A stretch of DNA of 64,000 bases from Candidatus Didemnitutus sp. GTDB lineage: Bacteria > Verrucomicrobiota > Verrucomicrobiia > Opitutales > Opitutaceae. The stretch spans positions 12 through 64,011 of the forward strand of contig DASYDZ010000209.1 of assembly GCA_036499305.1 (NCBI GenBank). The letters run 5' to 3'. A program made the translations under genes and the position numbers. This document shows positions 18,913-29,175 of this stretch, one piece after another. The notes under the pieces were generated by a model, which searched no databases, was not told where the DNA came from, and saw nothing but the letters and a program-made list of their open reading frames with translations. Position 1 is the stretch's first letter, and every line of letters begins with the position of its first letter.

Positions 18913-19943
18913 TCGAGCGCCAGCATCAGGCTGTTGATGCCGCTGCCGATGCCGAGCAGCGCGACCTTGTTCCCCTCGGCCACCGCCCCCGCCTGCACCG
19001 CCAAGGCCAGCGTGGCCGGCAATGCCGCCGAACCGGTGTTCCCGAGCGTTTCGAAAGTCGAATGGTCCCGCGCGAGGTCGAGCTCCAGGGCTTCGTACAG
19101 CTTGCGGCGATGCGTCGAGCCGACCTGGTGACAAATGAAGCGGTCGATTTGCGCGCGGGTCCACCCGGTCTCCTGCTCGAATTTCGCCCACGTCTCGGTG
19201 GCGGCCGCAATTCCGGCGATCAGGAGCTGTTCGGAATCGGTCTGCATCTCCAGGCCGTCCCCCGCGCTGTCGCCCTGGCAGAGCTCGCTGAATTGCGTCG
19301 CGGCATGAAACGCCCCCGCGACCACGCGATGCCGGCGCGCCCCCGGCGCCAGGAGATCCTCGTGGCAGACCACGGCTGCCACCGCGGCCGACCCGATCGT
19401 GAGATTGGCGAAGTATGGCTTGATCGTCTGGCGATCGAGCGGAGCGGTCAGGAGATGTTCAATCGTGCGGTCAACCAAGGGGCGTCCGTTTTCGCCGGAG
19501 ACGACGAGTCCGCAGCGAATCTGGTCGGCATCGATCATCGCCCCGACCGTCGCGATGCCGTTGAGGAAACCGAGGCACGCGTTGGAAAGGTCGAAAAGCT
19601 GCACGTTGGCCGGCAGTCCGAGCTGGCGATGAACAAACGAGGCCGTGGCGGGCTCGAGCATGTCGCGGCAGACGGCGGAATGGATCAGGACCTCCACCCG
19701 CCCGGCGCCGACCCGCGATTGCGCCAAAGCCGCCCTGCCCGCCAGGGCGCTGGCGGCGGACGGACGCATCCCGACCGGCCACATGCGGCGCTCCCGGATG
19801 CCGGTCATCAGTTCCAACCGGCCGAATGGAAGTTTCAACCGCTCGTAGACCGGCCGCAGACGTTCCTCGATCTGCGCCGAAGTCCACGTCTCGGCGGGAA
19901 GCGCGGTCGCGATCGATTCAATGCAGACGTGCCCGAATTTCAC
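18906..19943 (-). CDS. oleA: OleA thiolase-fold head-to-head condensing enzyme (FabH-like)
   Basis: GRLELMTGIRERR, LEPATA (Glu), SNACLGF (Cys), CHQVG (His), GNTGSAA (Asn). Confidence 0.9.
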   Translation of the reverse strand: MKFGHVCIESIATALPAETWTSAQIEERLRPVYERLKLPFGRLELMTGIRERRMWPVGMRPSAASALAGRAALAQSRVGAGRVEVLIHSAVCRDMLEPATASFVHRQLGLPANVQLFDLSNACLGFLNGIATVGAMIDADQIRCGLVVSGENGRPLVDRTIEHLLTAPLDRQTIKPYFANLTIGSAAVAAVVCHEDLLAPGARRHRVVAGAFHAATQFSELCQGDSAGDGLEMQTDSEQLLIAGIAAATETWAKFEQETGWTRAQIDRFICHQVGSTHRRKLYEALELDLARDHSTFETLGNTGSAALPATLALAVQAGAVAEGNKVALLGIGSGINSLMLALEW

Positions 19944-19961
19944 GGCGAAGTGCGGGCGCGC

Positions 19962-20798
19962 TCAGGATCGCGGGCCTGATTCCGGCCGCATCGCCAGCCG
20001 GACGATCTCCTGGTCGAAATAATTGCTCCCGAGCCCGGCGTCGGTGACGAGCGTCGTTCCATTGATGCCGCTGCTTCGCTCGCTCAGCAGGAAAGCGGCG
20101 ACGTTGGCCACCTCCTGCGTGGCGAGGTTGCGCTTCCGGAAGGTCAGCTTCTCCGCATACAGGTAGCTTTCGAGGTAACCGGGTATCCCGGCCGAAGCGC
20201 TGGTCTTGAGCGGTCCCGACCCCACGACGTTGAAGCGCACTTCGCCCGCCGCATTGAACGATTTCGCCAGGAAGCGGGCCGTTGACTCGAGCGCCGCCTT
20301 GATCGGACCCATGTAGCCGTAATTGTCCGGGGTCACCAGCAGCGACGAGATTCCGATCGTGACCACCGACGCTTTCGGCGCGAGATGCGGGCGAAAGGCG
20401 CGGGCGAGTTCGACGAGCGAAAAAGCCGAGATGGCGGTCGCCTGCAGGAAGTCCGAGCGTTGCGTTTCCACGAACGGCTTGAATCCGTCGCGGTAGTTGG
20501 CGAAGGCGATCGAATGCACCAGCCCGTGCAACGGGGCGAAGCCGGCGGCCACCACGTCGGCGGCGAGGCGGTCGCACGCGCCCTCCTTTTCAACGTCGCA
20601 GACAAAGACAGGGTTTCCCGCGAGCAGGGTTTCGAGTGATTTCCGCCGTTCCTCTGATCGGACGGCATAGACCACGCGCGCGCCTTCGGCTTCGAGCGTG
20701 GCCGCGACATGCCAGGCGACGCTCTTCCGGTTGGCGACGCCCTGGACGAGAAATGTCTTTCCGGCGATCTGCAGAAAATCGGTTGCCGAAGAGGTCAC
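19962..20798 (-). CDS. fabI: Enoyl-ACP reductase (FabI-like SDR)
   Basis: GVANRKSVAW, HSIAFA, YGYMGPIKAALES, GPLKTSAS. Confidence 0.9.
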   Translation of the reverse strand: MTSSATDFLQIAGKTFLVQGVANRKSVAWHVAATLEAEGARVVYAVRSEERRKSLETLLAGNPVFVCDVEKEGACDRLAADVVAAGFAPLHGLVHSIAFANYRDGFKPFVETQRSDFLQATAISAFSLVELARAFRPHLAPKASVVTIGISSLLVTPDNYGYMGPIKAALESTARFLAKSFNAAGEVRFNVVGSGPLKTSASAGIPGYLESYLYAEKLTFRKRNLATQEVANVAAFLLSERSSGINGTTLVTDAGLGSNYFDQEIVRLAMRPESGPRS

Positions 20799-20850
20799 GG
20801 TCCGGATGCTCCCTGGATCCTGCGGTGAAGGATGAATTGTGAGCTGGCTC

Positions 20851-21306
20851 TCATGCGGGCGACGATGTCGTGACCTGCCCTTCGGGTCGTTTCCAGGCCA
20901 CGGCGAAATCCACGGTCAGGACGCGCTTGTCGCCTTTTTTCATCGTGCCCTTGAGAAAGTGGAAATCTCCCACCGTCTCTGTGCGGCGTACCTCGATGTC
21001 CGTGGTGTCGCCCGGATAAACCGGCAGCCGGAAACGCACATCGGAAACCTTGCTCAGCAACGGGACGCCGCCCGGTCCGCCCGTCCCCGCCTGCAACCGG
21101 GCCATCAGCAGCGCGCCGGCCTGGAAGACCGATTCGCACAGGAGAACACCCGGTGTGATCGGTGCGCCCGGGTAATGCCCGCGATAGAAATCCTCTTCGG
21201 CGCGCCAGGTCCGGCGCGCCACGAGTGTTTCACCCTCGCGCGAGACGATCGAATCGACAAACAGGAACGGCGGGCGGTGCGGGATGAGTTTTTCGACTTC
21301 GTTCAC
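20851..21306 (-). CDS. fabZ: 3-hydroxyacyl-ACP dehydratase (FabZ/FabA family)
   Basis: LIPHRPPFLFVD, GHYPGAPITPGVLLCES; GTG start inferred. Confidence 0.9.
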   Translation of the reverse strand: MNEVEKLIPHRPPFLFVDSIVSREGETLVARRTWRAEEDFYRGHYPGAPITPGVLLCESVFQAGALLMARLQAGTGGPGGVPLLSKVSDVRFRLPVYPGDTTDIEVRRTETVGDFHFLKGTMKKGDKRVLTVDFAVAWKRPEGQVTTSSPA

Positions 21307-21313
21307 GAGGAGA

Positions 21314-22765
21314 TCAGGTTGGAGTGACGACGGCGGGACGGGAGCGGGCGGCCAGGTACTTGTCCACCTGGTTGGCGACAATGACGCCGTAATTGATCGT
21401 GCCAAGCCAGCCCGACATGATGAGTCCCACGGAACCGGCGTGATGGAGACCCGCCACCTGCGCCGGCAGGTCCATCGAGACCTTGAGGCCCTCGAACTTG
21501 GTGCCGAAGGAGGTGCCATTCCAGTGGCGCGTGTAGTACTCGATCGTTCGCGGCGTGGCCGCCTCCGTCCAGTCGATTTTCGCGCGCACCCCGGGGATGA
21601 AGCGCTCGAGACACGTGATCGATTCGTCGATCATCCGCTGCTTTTCCGCCTGGTATTGCTCCGGCGTCAGCGCATTCCAGTCGTCATAGCGCGCATTGAG
21701 CGACACGACCACGGTATAGCGGTCCGAGCCCGGACGTGTGTCCGGGTAATACATCGAAAACGTGCGGCTCGTGGTGTGCTGGTCGGTGAGCGCCTGGCTG
21801 GAAAAATGCGGCTCGTCGGACACGAAGACCAGGTCGCCGATGTGCGGCAGTGTCTCCCCCTTGCGGATGCCCAGATACACCTGGCAGGAGCTGCTGTTGA
21901 CGCGAATGGCGCGCGTGGCGGCGACGAAGTCCGGCGAAAAGTGCTCCTCGCCGGCCAGCTTGAGCACGGTGTTCTTGACGTTGGCATTGGAGAGGACGGC
22001 ATCGCACCGGATCGTGCGGCCGTTCGCGACGACGCCGCGCACCGCCCGCCGGCCGTCGACCTCCTCCACCATGACCTTTTCCACCACCACGTGTTTGCGG
22101 ACCTCCACGCCGTTTTTCTTGAGCTCGGCCGCCATCTTGCGAATCAGGACGTCCGACCCGCCGCGGAACGTGTAGACGCCCTTGCTCATGAAATTGGAGA
22201 AAACAATTCCGAACGTGATCGCCGGATCGTCGAGGGTTGATCCGTTCGCGTAGGCAATCGGCTCCATGAGCAGGCGCTTCACATCGTCGCGTCCCGGGAA
22301 ATAGCGTTCGAACATCGCCCCGGTGGTCTCGGGGTTGTTGTCATAGAAGTTCATCGCCCGGAGATCGGCGAAAAACAACTCCACCGTCGCGTGGGGCACG
22401 CCAAATTTCTCCTGCAAAAGACGCGTGAAGTCCTCCCGGTCGAAGGTCGTGTCGATCTGGAACTGCGGGTTGATGAACCGTACGCCCTTGAGCTGCACGA
22501 TCGAATCGGCGATGTCCTGGCTCCAGTATTTGCGGACGGACTTGATCATCCCGATCGGGAACCCGTGCAGAGAGATGTCGAAGATGTGCCCGCCCTTTCG
22601 CGTGAACCAGGTGGCCAGGCCGCCCAACTGGTAATGGTGTTCGAGCAGCAGCACGCGATGGCCGCATTTGGCCAGCACGTTGGCCCCGGTCATGCCGCCC
22701 AAGCCGCTCCCGACGACCACCACGTCGTAGTGGTCGTCGATGCCTTTAAGCCAGTCGTAGCCCAT
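21314..22765 (-). CDS. Phytoene-desaturase-like (CrtI-type) FAD-dependent oxidoreductase
   Basis: VVGSGLGG dinucleotide motif, [22 protein letters not shown]; inside the fab/ole operon. Confidence 0.85.
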   Translation of the reverse strand: MGYDWLKGIDDHYDVVVVGSGLGGMTGANVLAKCGHRVLLLEHHYQLGGLATWFTRKGGHIFDISLHGFPIGMIKSVRKYWSQDIADSIVQLKGVRFINPQFQIDTTFDREDFTRLLQEKFGVPHATVELFFADLRAMNFYDNNPETTGAMFERYFPGRDDVKRLLMEPIAYANGSTLDDPAITFGIVFSNFMSKGVYTFRGGSDVLIRKMAAELKKNGVEVRKHVVVEKVMVEEVDGRRAVRGVVANGRTIRCDAVLSNANVKNTVLKLAGEEHFSPDFVAATRAIRVNSSSCQVYLGIRKGETLPHIGDLVFVSDEPHFSSQALTDQHTTSRTFSMYYPDTRPGSDRYTVVVSLNARYDDWNALTPEQYQAEKQRMIDESITCLERFIPGVRAKIDWTEAATPRTIEYYTRHWNGTSFGTKFEGLKVSMDLPAQVAGLHHAGSVGLIMSGWLGTINYGVIVANQVDKYLAARSRPAVVTPT

Positions 22766-22802
22766 GGATGCCCGAAGCTGTGGACCTCGGGCCCCGCGCA
22801 AC

Positions 22803-23669
22803 TCAGAGTTTCAGCGCGCGGAGGTAGGCGATGCTTTCCGGAATGCACTTCAACGGGTCCGGAGTCTCGTCTTCGATGAAATAGTGACGGATCCCGATCT
22901 TCTGGGCCGTCGAGAGGACGGCTTTCCAATCGATCTCGCCCTGCCCGACCGAGACATTATCGGTGGCCGGCGAGGTGGCCCCGTGGTTGACGTCACGCGG
23001 CGCTCCCTTGCGGAGGTCCTTGACGTGCATCAGCACCCAGCGGTCCGGGTATTTCTTGAGCATCGCGACCGGGTCCTGCTCGGCGTGGTAGACCCAGAAC
23101 ACGTCCATCTCGAGGGCGAAGTTCTTCGCCGTGGTGCCCTCGATGAGGATGTCGAAGGCCGTTTTGCCGTTCTCGATGTTCGGCACGAATTCGTAGCCGT
23201 GAGGATGGTAGGCAAAGCGGATGCCAGCCTCCCGGAAGGCCGCGCCCCATTTTTCGAAATTGGCCGCCGCTTCATGGGCGAGGGCGGCGGAAAGCGCGTC
23301 GCCCTGGTGGGGAATCCACGGGACGACGACGTATTTGACCTTCAACGCCTTGGCATTGGCGAGGGCAAGAGGCAGGTCCTTCTGCAATTGCTCATAACCG
23401 AAATGCACGCTGACCGCCTCCAGTCCGCGGCTCTGCACCATCTTGAGGTATTCCGCGGCCGGAACGCTGCTGATGCCCGCGGCCTCGATTTCCCTGATGC
23501 CGTATGCCTTGATCTGGTCGAGCGCCGCACCCTGGTCCTTCTTGACGATGTCGCGCAGGCTCCAGAGCTGGAGGCCGATGTGATCATGGAAATCCACGGA
23601 GGCGAAGGCGGAGGTGGCAATGAAGCAGGCGCCGAGAGCGGCGCGCAAGGGATAACGCAGCAATTTCAT
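22803..23669 (-). CDS. Sugar phosphate isomerase/epimerase-family TIM barrel with signal peptide
   Basis: [33 protein letters not shown]; N-terminal signal peptide. Confidence 0.88.
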   Translation of the reverse strand: MKLLRYPLRAALGACFIATSAFASVDFHDHIGLQLWSLRDIVKKDQGAALDQIKAYGIREIEAAGISSVPAAEYLKMVQSRGLEAVSVHFGYEQLQKDLPLALANAKALKVKYVVVPWIPHQGDALSAALAHEAAANFEKWGAAFREAGIRFAYHPHGYEFVPNIENGKTAFDILIEGTTAKNFALEMDVFWVYHAEQDPVAMLKKYPDRWVLMHVKDLRKGAPRDVNHGATSPATDNVSVGQGEIDWKAVLSTAQKIGIRHYFIEDETPDPLKCIPESIAYLRALKL

Positions 23670-23698
23670 AATGGGGTTCCGGAAGTTTGAATCCCTGA

Positions 23699-25111
23699 TC
23701 ACGTCTTTTGCAAGATATGATAGTTGGCCATTGAGATCCCGCTCAGCATCGCGCCGATGATGCCGAGAAATCCCTGGTCCGTGCCGCAAAGATAGACGTT
23801 CCCCAGATTCGTCCGGCCGTCGCGAATCTTGTCCGGCGCTCCATAAATCGCGCCCTGCAGATGGCCGGTGAATTTTTCCACCGTTCGCGGCGTGAACATG
23901 TCGCTCGTGACCAGGCGCGAGGCGAGCACGCCATCGTCGACCGGCGGCAGGAAGCGGCGCGCGCTGCGCTGGATGGCGGCGAACCATCGTTCCTTCGCCG
24001 CGCGATAATCGGCCTCCCCCAGCCCAATCCAGCGATCATAGTTCGCCAGGCAGGTGGTGCGAACGAGGCCTTCGGGCAGGTGTTGGTCCCCGAAGTCGAA
24101 ATTGTTCGGCAGGCAGATCACTCCGCTGCGCGGATCGACTTCATCGCCGGGCCGCCGATAGGCAAAGCGGGCGGAGTCGTTGAAAAAGACAATCGTTTCG
24201 TCTCCCCATCCCCACGCCGCCGGTTCCGCGGAAAACACCGAGATCGTCTCGACAAACGACAGGCGCCCGATCGCGCCGGTCGTGGCCTCCAAGGACTCCC
24301 CGCAGAGCCTGCGTGTTTCCGCGGCTCCGGCGGAAGAAAGCACGTGGGCGGCGGTGACCGTTTCGCCGGTCTCGAGCTCGAGAGCCGTGGCGTGGTGCGC
24401 ATCGTGAATGATCCGGCGCACCCCGCATTTCATGCGTCGCTCGCCGCCGGCCGCCCGGAATTTCTCGAGCAGGACGCGGACGATGGTTCGCACACCCTCA
24501 AGCGGGCGGGAGAAGCCCTCGAGAAACAGCGCCTTGAACATGATCACGAACTGCGCGAAATCCATGTCATCCTCCTGCGCACTGCCATAGTACATCAGCG
24601 GGCAGAGGAGCATTTCCGTGAGAAGAGGATCAGACAGGTGTCGCGCGACGATCGCGCGAGCCGACTCCGCCTTCGCATCCAGCGCGGTGTCGTTGTATGC
24701 GCGGACCAGGGCCACCAGCGACCGCCAGCCGTCGATCTGCTGCGGAAAACGGGCCGCCACCTCGGATTCGAGCAGAGCGTAGTCATTGCTGAACCGCAGC
24801 GTGCCGTCGGGAAACGACACGCGGGAACGTTTCTGCGGACACAGGGCGAACTCCTCGCGGTCAATCCGCAGTTGCCGCAGGATTTTGCCGAGCGGTGTCC
24901 CTTTCACGCCCGGGGGAACGAAGTTGGTCAGCGCGTGCAGGCCGACATCAAACTTCCGGCCCCCGAAACTGTAGAAGCTGTTCAGGCCGCCGGGCGCGTT
25001 GTGGCGTTCGAACACGCAGACGCGTTTGCCGAAATGGGCCAGGCGGATACCGGCGGCCAATCCGGACATGCCCGAACCGATGATCGCCACATCGTAGTGG
25101 GAATCTTTCAT
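23699..25111 (-). CDS. Phytoene-desaturase-like (CrtI-type) FAD-dependent oxidoreductase
   Basis: IIGSGMSGLAAG, FERHNAPGGLN, FTPRTVEKFTGH, YLCGTDQGFLGIIGAMLSG. Confidence 0.85.
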   Translation of the reverse strand: MKDSHYDVAIIGSGMSGLAAGIRLAHFGKRVCVFERHNAPGGLNSFYSFGGRKFDVGLHALTNFVPPGVKGTPLGKILRQLRIDREEFALCPQKRSRVSFPDGTLRFSNDYALLESEVAARFPQQIDGWRSLVALVRAYNDTALDAKAESARAIVARHLSDPLLTEMLLCPLMYYGSAQEDDMDFAQFVIMFKALFLEGFSRPLEGVRTIVRVLLEKFRAAGGERRMKCGVRRIIHDAHHATALELETGETVTAAHVLSSAGAAETRRLCGESLEATTGAIGRLSFVETISVFSAEPAAWGWGDETIVFFNDSARFAYRRPGDEVDPRSGVICLPNNFDFGDQHLPEGLVRTTCLANYDRWIGLGEADYRAAKERWFAAIQRSARRFLPPVDDGVLASRLVTSDMFTPRTVEKFTGHLQGAIYGAPDKIRDGRTNLGNVYLCGTDQGFLGIIGAMLSGISMANYHILQKT

Positions 25112-25149
25112 GACCGTGGAACCGCCGAAGGGCGGCAGGCCCGCCGAAA

Positions 25150-25404
25150 TCAGGCCTTGGGCACGAACTTCGGCGTCAGGTAGTCGGCGCAGCTGTCAAG
25201 CGACGCCAATTGCGTGTAGTCCGCCTCCGGCACCTCAATGCCGTGACGTTTCCGCAATTCCATTACGATATCGAGAAAGTCCATCGAATCGAGCTGGAGC
25301 TGGTCGCGCAGGCGGACGTTCGGCTTCACATCGCTCAAGTCCTCGTCGGGCGCGATGTCAGAGATGATGTCGATTACCAGCTTCCTGCACTCGTCTTTCG
25401 TCAT
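25150..25404 (-). CDS. Acyl carrier protein
   Basis: 84 aa, acidic, LQLDSMDFLDIV (phosphopantetheinyl Ser). Confidence 0.93.
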   Translation of the reverse strand: MTKDECRKLVIDIISDIAPDEDLSDVKPNVRLRDQLQLDSMDFLDIVMELRKRHGIEVPEADYTQLASLDSCADYLTPKFVPKA

Positions 25405-25418
25405 GGATGGTCGGTGTT

Positions 25419-26657
25419 TTAGTCGGCGAAGCGCTTGATGATGAGCGTTGAATTGATTCCGAGCATACCAAAGGAATTATTAAGGATGGCGTCAACCCGT
25501 TTAACGGAGCGGGGTTGGTTGAGCACCAGGCCGGGGATATCACATTGGGGATCAAGCTCATCGACATTGATGGTCGGGTGCACCACGCGATCCTCGAAAC
25601 TGGGCAGATTGCCCGCCAATTCGAGGGCTCCGGCGGCCCCCATGGCATGGCCGATGAAGCTCTTGGTATTGTTGATTGCGGCCGGTTCCCGGCGCTCGCG
25701 GAATACCGCGGAAATCGCCACGCATTCCTGGATGTCGCCCTGCGGAGTCGAGGTGGCGTGGGTGTTGACGATGTCGATGTCGTCCACGGTCATCCGGGCC
25801 TTCGTCAGGGCGCGGCGGACGCATTCGGCCTGGCGCTCCGGATTCGGCAGCACGTAGTCGGTGGCGTCCGAATTAACGCAATAGCCCGCGAGTTCGCCAT
25901 AGATCCGGGCTCCCCTCGCCTTCGCATCGTCCAGTCGCTCGAGCGTGTAAATGCAGCCGCCTTCGGAAATGACGATGCCGTTGCGGGCCTTGTCGAACGG
26001 CCGGCTCGCCTTGGTGGGGTCCACGTGCGACGCGAGCGCATTCTGGCTTTTGAATCCGGCAAAGATCCCGAACGTCTGCGGGCTTTCGCTGACGCCGCCG
26101 CCGAACGCAAAGTCCACCTCGCCCAGGCGCAGCATTTGCGCGGCGTGGATCAGGCCCATGTTGCCGGCGGCGCAGGCCGCCCCGATCGTGTACGCGGGAC
26201 CAGTCGTGCCCAGGTTGAGCGACACCTCGCCCGCCGGGCTGTTGGCCACCGTGCGCGGGTTATGGTGGTGGGTCCAGAACTTCGTGTCGTAATTGAATTT
26301 CGAAATGTTGTAGACCTCGTTCTCGGTCTCGACGTTGCCGTGCTCGGTGATCCCGAGAAAAACACCGATCCGGCTGCGATCGCGGTTCTCGAGCGAAACC
26401 CCGGAGTCGGCGAGCGCTTCCCGCGCGCAGTAGATGCTGATGCTGCCCGCGCGCGTGCCGATCCGGACATCCTTCTTGCGCTGGTGCTTCAACGGATCGT
26501 AGCTGCACAACCCCGCCGGCCAGCGGCCCATGTAGCGCACGTCCGTCATCGAGATGCCGGAGACGCCCGCGAGCAGGTTGCGCCGGAATTCGGCGATATT
26601 GTTTCCGTTCGGCGCGGTCAGGCCGATGCCGGTGATCACGATGCGGGCGAGGTCCAT
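25419..26657 (-). CDS. fabF: Beta-ketoacyl-ACP synthase (FabF/FabB family)
   Basis: IVITGIG, AACAAG (Cys), HATST and GHAMGAAG (His/His), NNSFG. Confidence 0.92.
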   Translation of the reverse strand: MDLARIVITGIGLTAPNGNNIAEFRRNLLAGVSGISMTDVRYMGRWPAGLCSYDPLKHQRKKDVRIGTRAGSISIYCAREALADSGVSLENRDRSRIGVFLGITEHGNVETENEVYNISKFNYDTKFWTHHHNPRTVANSPAGEVSLNLGTTGPAYTIGAACAAGNMGLIHAAQMLRLGEVDFAFGGGVSESPQTFGIFAGFKSQNALASHVDPTKASRPFDKARNGIVISEGGCIYTLERLDDAKARGARIYGELAGYCVNSDATDYVLPNPERQAECVRRALTKARMTVDDIDIVNTHATSTPQGDIQECVAISAVFRERREPAAINNTKSFIGHAMGAAGALELAGNLPSFEDRVVHPTINVDELDPQCDIPGLVLNQPRSVKRVDAILNNSFGMLGINSTLIIKRFAD

Positions 26658-26723
26658 GCTCAAGGTCCGGATGAAAACAGATTTGCCTAGCCTATGGCTT
26701 CGGAAAATCAATAACTGTCTCCC

Positions 26724-27734
26724 ATGAAAGTGCTCGTCGCCGGCGGGGCCGGCTATATCGGCAGTCATTGCGTGCGCCAGCTCATGGCGGCGGGTCACGT
26801 GCCGGTTGTGGTCGACAACCTCGTCTACGGGCACCGCGCGGCGCTGCCGCCGGCGGTTCGTCTGCACGAGACGAATCTCGGCGACGGCGCGGCGATGGAG
26901 CACATCCTCACGACCGAGAAAATCGACATCGTCATGCATTTTGCGGCGTTCTGCTATGTGGGCGAATCGGTGACGAATCCGCTCAAATACTACCGCAACA
27001 ATGTCGCCGCCACGCTTTCGCTCGTGGAGGCCATGATGCGTTCCGGGGTGCGAAAGATGGTGTTCTCGTCGACCTGCGCGACGTTCGGCGTACCGGAAAA
27101 AATGCCGATGGACGAAACCCTTCCCCAGGCGCCCATCAATCCCTATGGCCAGACCAAGCTCGACGTCGAAAATCTCCTGAAGGCGACCGCGCACGCGAAC
27201 GGTCTCAGTTTCGCGGCGCTGCGCTACTTCAACGCTTCCGGGGCGGCCGAGGATGGTGCGATCGGCGAGGACCATGACCCGGAGTCGCATTTGATTCCCC
27301 TCGCGATCGGGGCGGCGCAGGGCATCCGCCCGGCGTTGAAGGTATTCGGCACGGATTATCCGACGCCGGACGGAAGCTGTCTGCGCGATTATGTCCACGT
27401 GGACGATCTGAGTCGCGCCCACATCGCCGTTTTCGAACGCCTGGCGACGCCGGGCGCGCAGCTTTTCTATAATCTTGGCACCGGGACGCCGACTTCGGTT
27501 TTCCAGGTGATCGCCGCCGTCGAAAAGGCGTCCGGGCTCAAGGTGCCCTACTCGACCGCGCCGCGACGGGAGGGCGATCCGCCGGCGTTGTATGCCGATG
27601 CGGCAAAGGCGCGCCGGGAACTCGGCTGGCAGCCCAGGTTCGCCACCATCGAGTCGATCGTCGAAACCGCCTGGCGGTGGCACAAGGCCCACCCCAAGGG
27701 ATTTGTGCGGGAGAGCGAACGGGTTTCCGGGTAA
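26724..27734 (+). CDS. galE: UDP-glucose 4-epimerase
   Basis: GGAGYIGSH, HFAA, GESV, YGQTK, LRYFNA, RDYVHVDDL. Confidence 0.95.
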   Translation: MKVLVAGGAGYIGSHCVRQLMAAGHVPVVVDNLVYGHRAALPPAVRLHETNLGDGAAMEHILTTEKIDIVMHFAAFCYVGESVTNPLKYYRNNVAATLSLVEAMMRSGVRKMVFSSTCATFGVPEKMPMDETLPQAPINPYGQTKLDVENLLKATAHANGLSFAALRYFNASGAAEDGAIGEDHDPESHLIPLAIGAAQGIRPALKVFGTDYPTPDGSCLRDYVHVDDLSRAHIAVFERLATPGAQLFYNLGTGTPTSVFQVIAAVEKASGLKVPYSTAPRREGDPPALYADAAKARRELGWQPRFATIESIVETAWRWHKAHPKGFVRESERVSG

Positions 27735-27776
27735 ACTTCCGCCGGCTCGAGGTGCGGCGTTGGGCCCGGCGCCCCG

Positions 27777-29132
27777 TCAGATCGTCTTCTTCGCCCGCTT
27801 CCTGGCCGCGGGCTTGGCCTCGCCGGGCAGGCGGCTTTCCATCGCGGCGGTGAGAGTTGCCAGTTCCTCCCCCGGATGCTGCGCGCGAAGCGCCTTCGCC
27901 AGCTTGTCGTAGAGAGCTTCGATTGGCTCGCCGGCCGCCGCGCCCGGAGCCCGCACCTCCTCGGGCAAATCCTTCGGAAGAACCGTGTCGCCCGTCGCCG
28001 CCACCGCGCTGCGATAGATCACGTTTTCGAGTTCGCGCACGTTGCCGGGCCAGCGATACCGGGAGAACAGTTCCAGCGCCTCCGGTGCGACCTTGCGCGC
28101 CCTGACCTTCTTGGCCTTGGCGAGGTTCTGCACGAAGAAATCGATGATCTGCGGAATGTCCTCCACGCGTTCGCGCAATGGCGGAAGCTTCACGCGGACG
28201 ACATTCAGGCGATAATAGAGATCCTCGCGAAACTGTTTGTCGCGGACGAGCGCCTCAAGGTCCTTGTTGGTCGCCGCGATGACACGCACGTTGATCTTGA
28301 TCGTCTCGACGCCGCCCACGCGCTGGATCTCGCCGCCCTGCAGCACGCGCAGGATCTTGGTCTGCGTGGTCGGCGTCATGTCGCCGATTTCATCGAGGAA
28401 GATGGTCCCGCCATCACACAACTCGAACTTGCCGAGGCGCTGCGCGGTCGCGCCGGTGAATGATCCGCGTTCATGGCCGAAGAGCTCGCTCTCGATCAGG
28501 TTTTCCGGGATCGCCGCGCAGTTGACCGCGACAAACGGCTTGGCCGACCGGTGACTGTGCCGGTGGAGGCTGCGGGCCACGAGTTCCTTGCCCGTGCCGC
28601 TTTCGCCGGTGATCATGACGGAGGCGTCGCTCGCGGCAAACTGGCCGATGACCTTGAAGACCTGCTGCATGGCGGGCGACACGCCGACGATCCCTTCCTT
28701 GTGCTCCTCCGTGTTGACCACGGGCTGATAACCGGCGGCCGACCGGCTGTCGGCCTGGGTGCGCAGGGCGCTCTCCACCAGTGCGAGCAACTTGGTTGGA
28801 TCGAATGGCTTCACCACGTAATCGTAGGCGCCGAATTTCATCGCCTCGATCGCGGTCTGGGCCGTGCCGAACGCCGTCATGAAGATGACCAACTGCTTGG
28901 GATTGGCCGCCCGGATGTGCTGGAGCGTTTCGAGGCCGCTCATCCCTCCCATCCGGTTGTCGAGCAGGACCACGTCGGGCGCCTGTTTCTTGACCGCCGC
29001 CACCCCCTCGTCGCCGCTCGCAGCCTCCTGCACCCGATAATGTTGCGAGGACAGCACCCGGTTCAGCGAATAGCGCACCTCCGTGTCGTCATCGATCACG
29101 AGAACGGTGGGTGCGGTGGATTCGGCGGACAT
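27777..29132 (-). CDS. Sigma-54-dependent response regulator (NtrC family)
   Basis: Receiver domain; [37 protein letters not shown]. Confidence 0.95.
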   Translation of the reverse strand: MSAESTAPTVLVIDDDTEVRYSLNRVLSSQHYRVQEAASGDEGVAAVKKQAPDVVLLDNRMGGMSGLETLQHIRAANPKQLVIFMTAFGTAQTAIEAMKFGAYDYVVKPFDPTKLLALVESALRTQADSRSAAGYQPVVNTEEHKEGIVGVSPAMQQVFKVIGQFAASDASVMITGESGTGKELVARSLHRHSHRSAKPFVAVNCAAIPENLIESELFGHERGSFTGATAQRLGKFELCDGGTIFLDEIGDMTPTTQTKILRVLQGGEIQRVGGVETIKINVRVIAATNKDLEALVRDKQFREDLYYRLNVVRVKLPPLRERVEDIPQIIDFFVQNLAKAKKVRARKVAPEALELFSRYRWPGNVRELENVIYRSAVAATGDTVLPKDLPEEVRAPGAAAGEPIEALYDKLAKALRAQHPGEELATLTAAMESRLPGEAKPAARKRAKKTI

Positions 29133-29175
29133 GTCGGGATTATGTTAGCGCTGGGGCCAAAGCTGGTTCTACTTA

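Noticed and set aside
21314-25111. Carotenoid biosynthesis (crtI) call for the two flavoproteins
   Set aside because: No crtB/crtE nearby; context is ACP/fab/ole.
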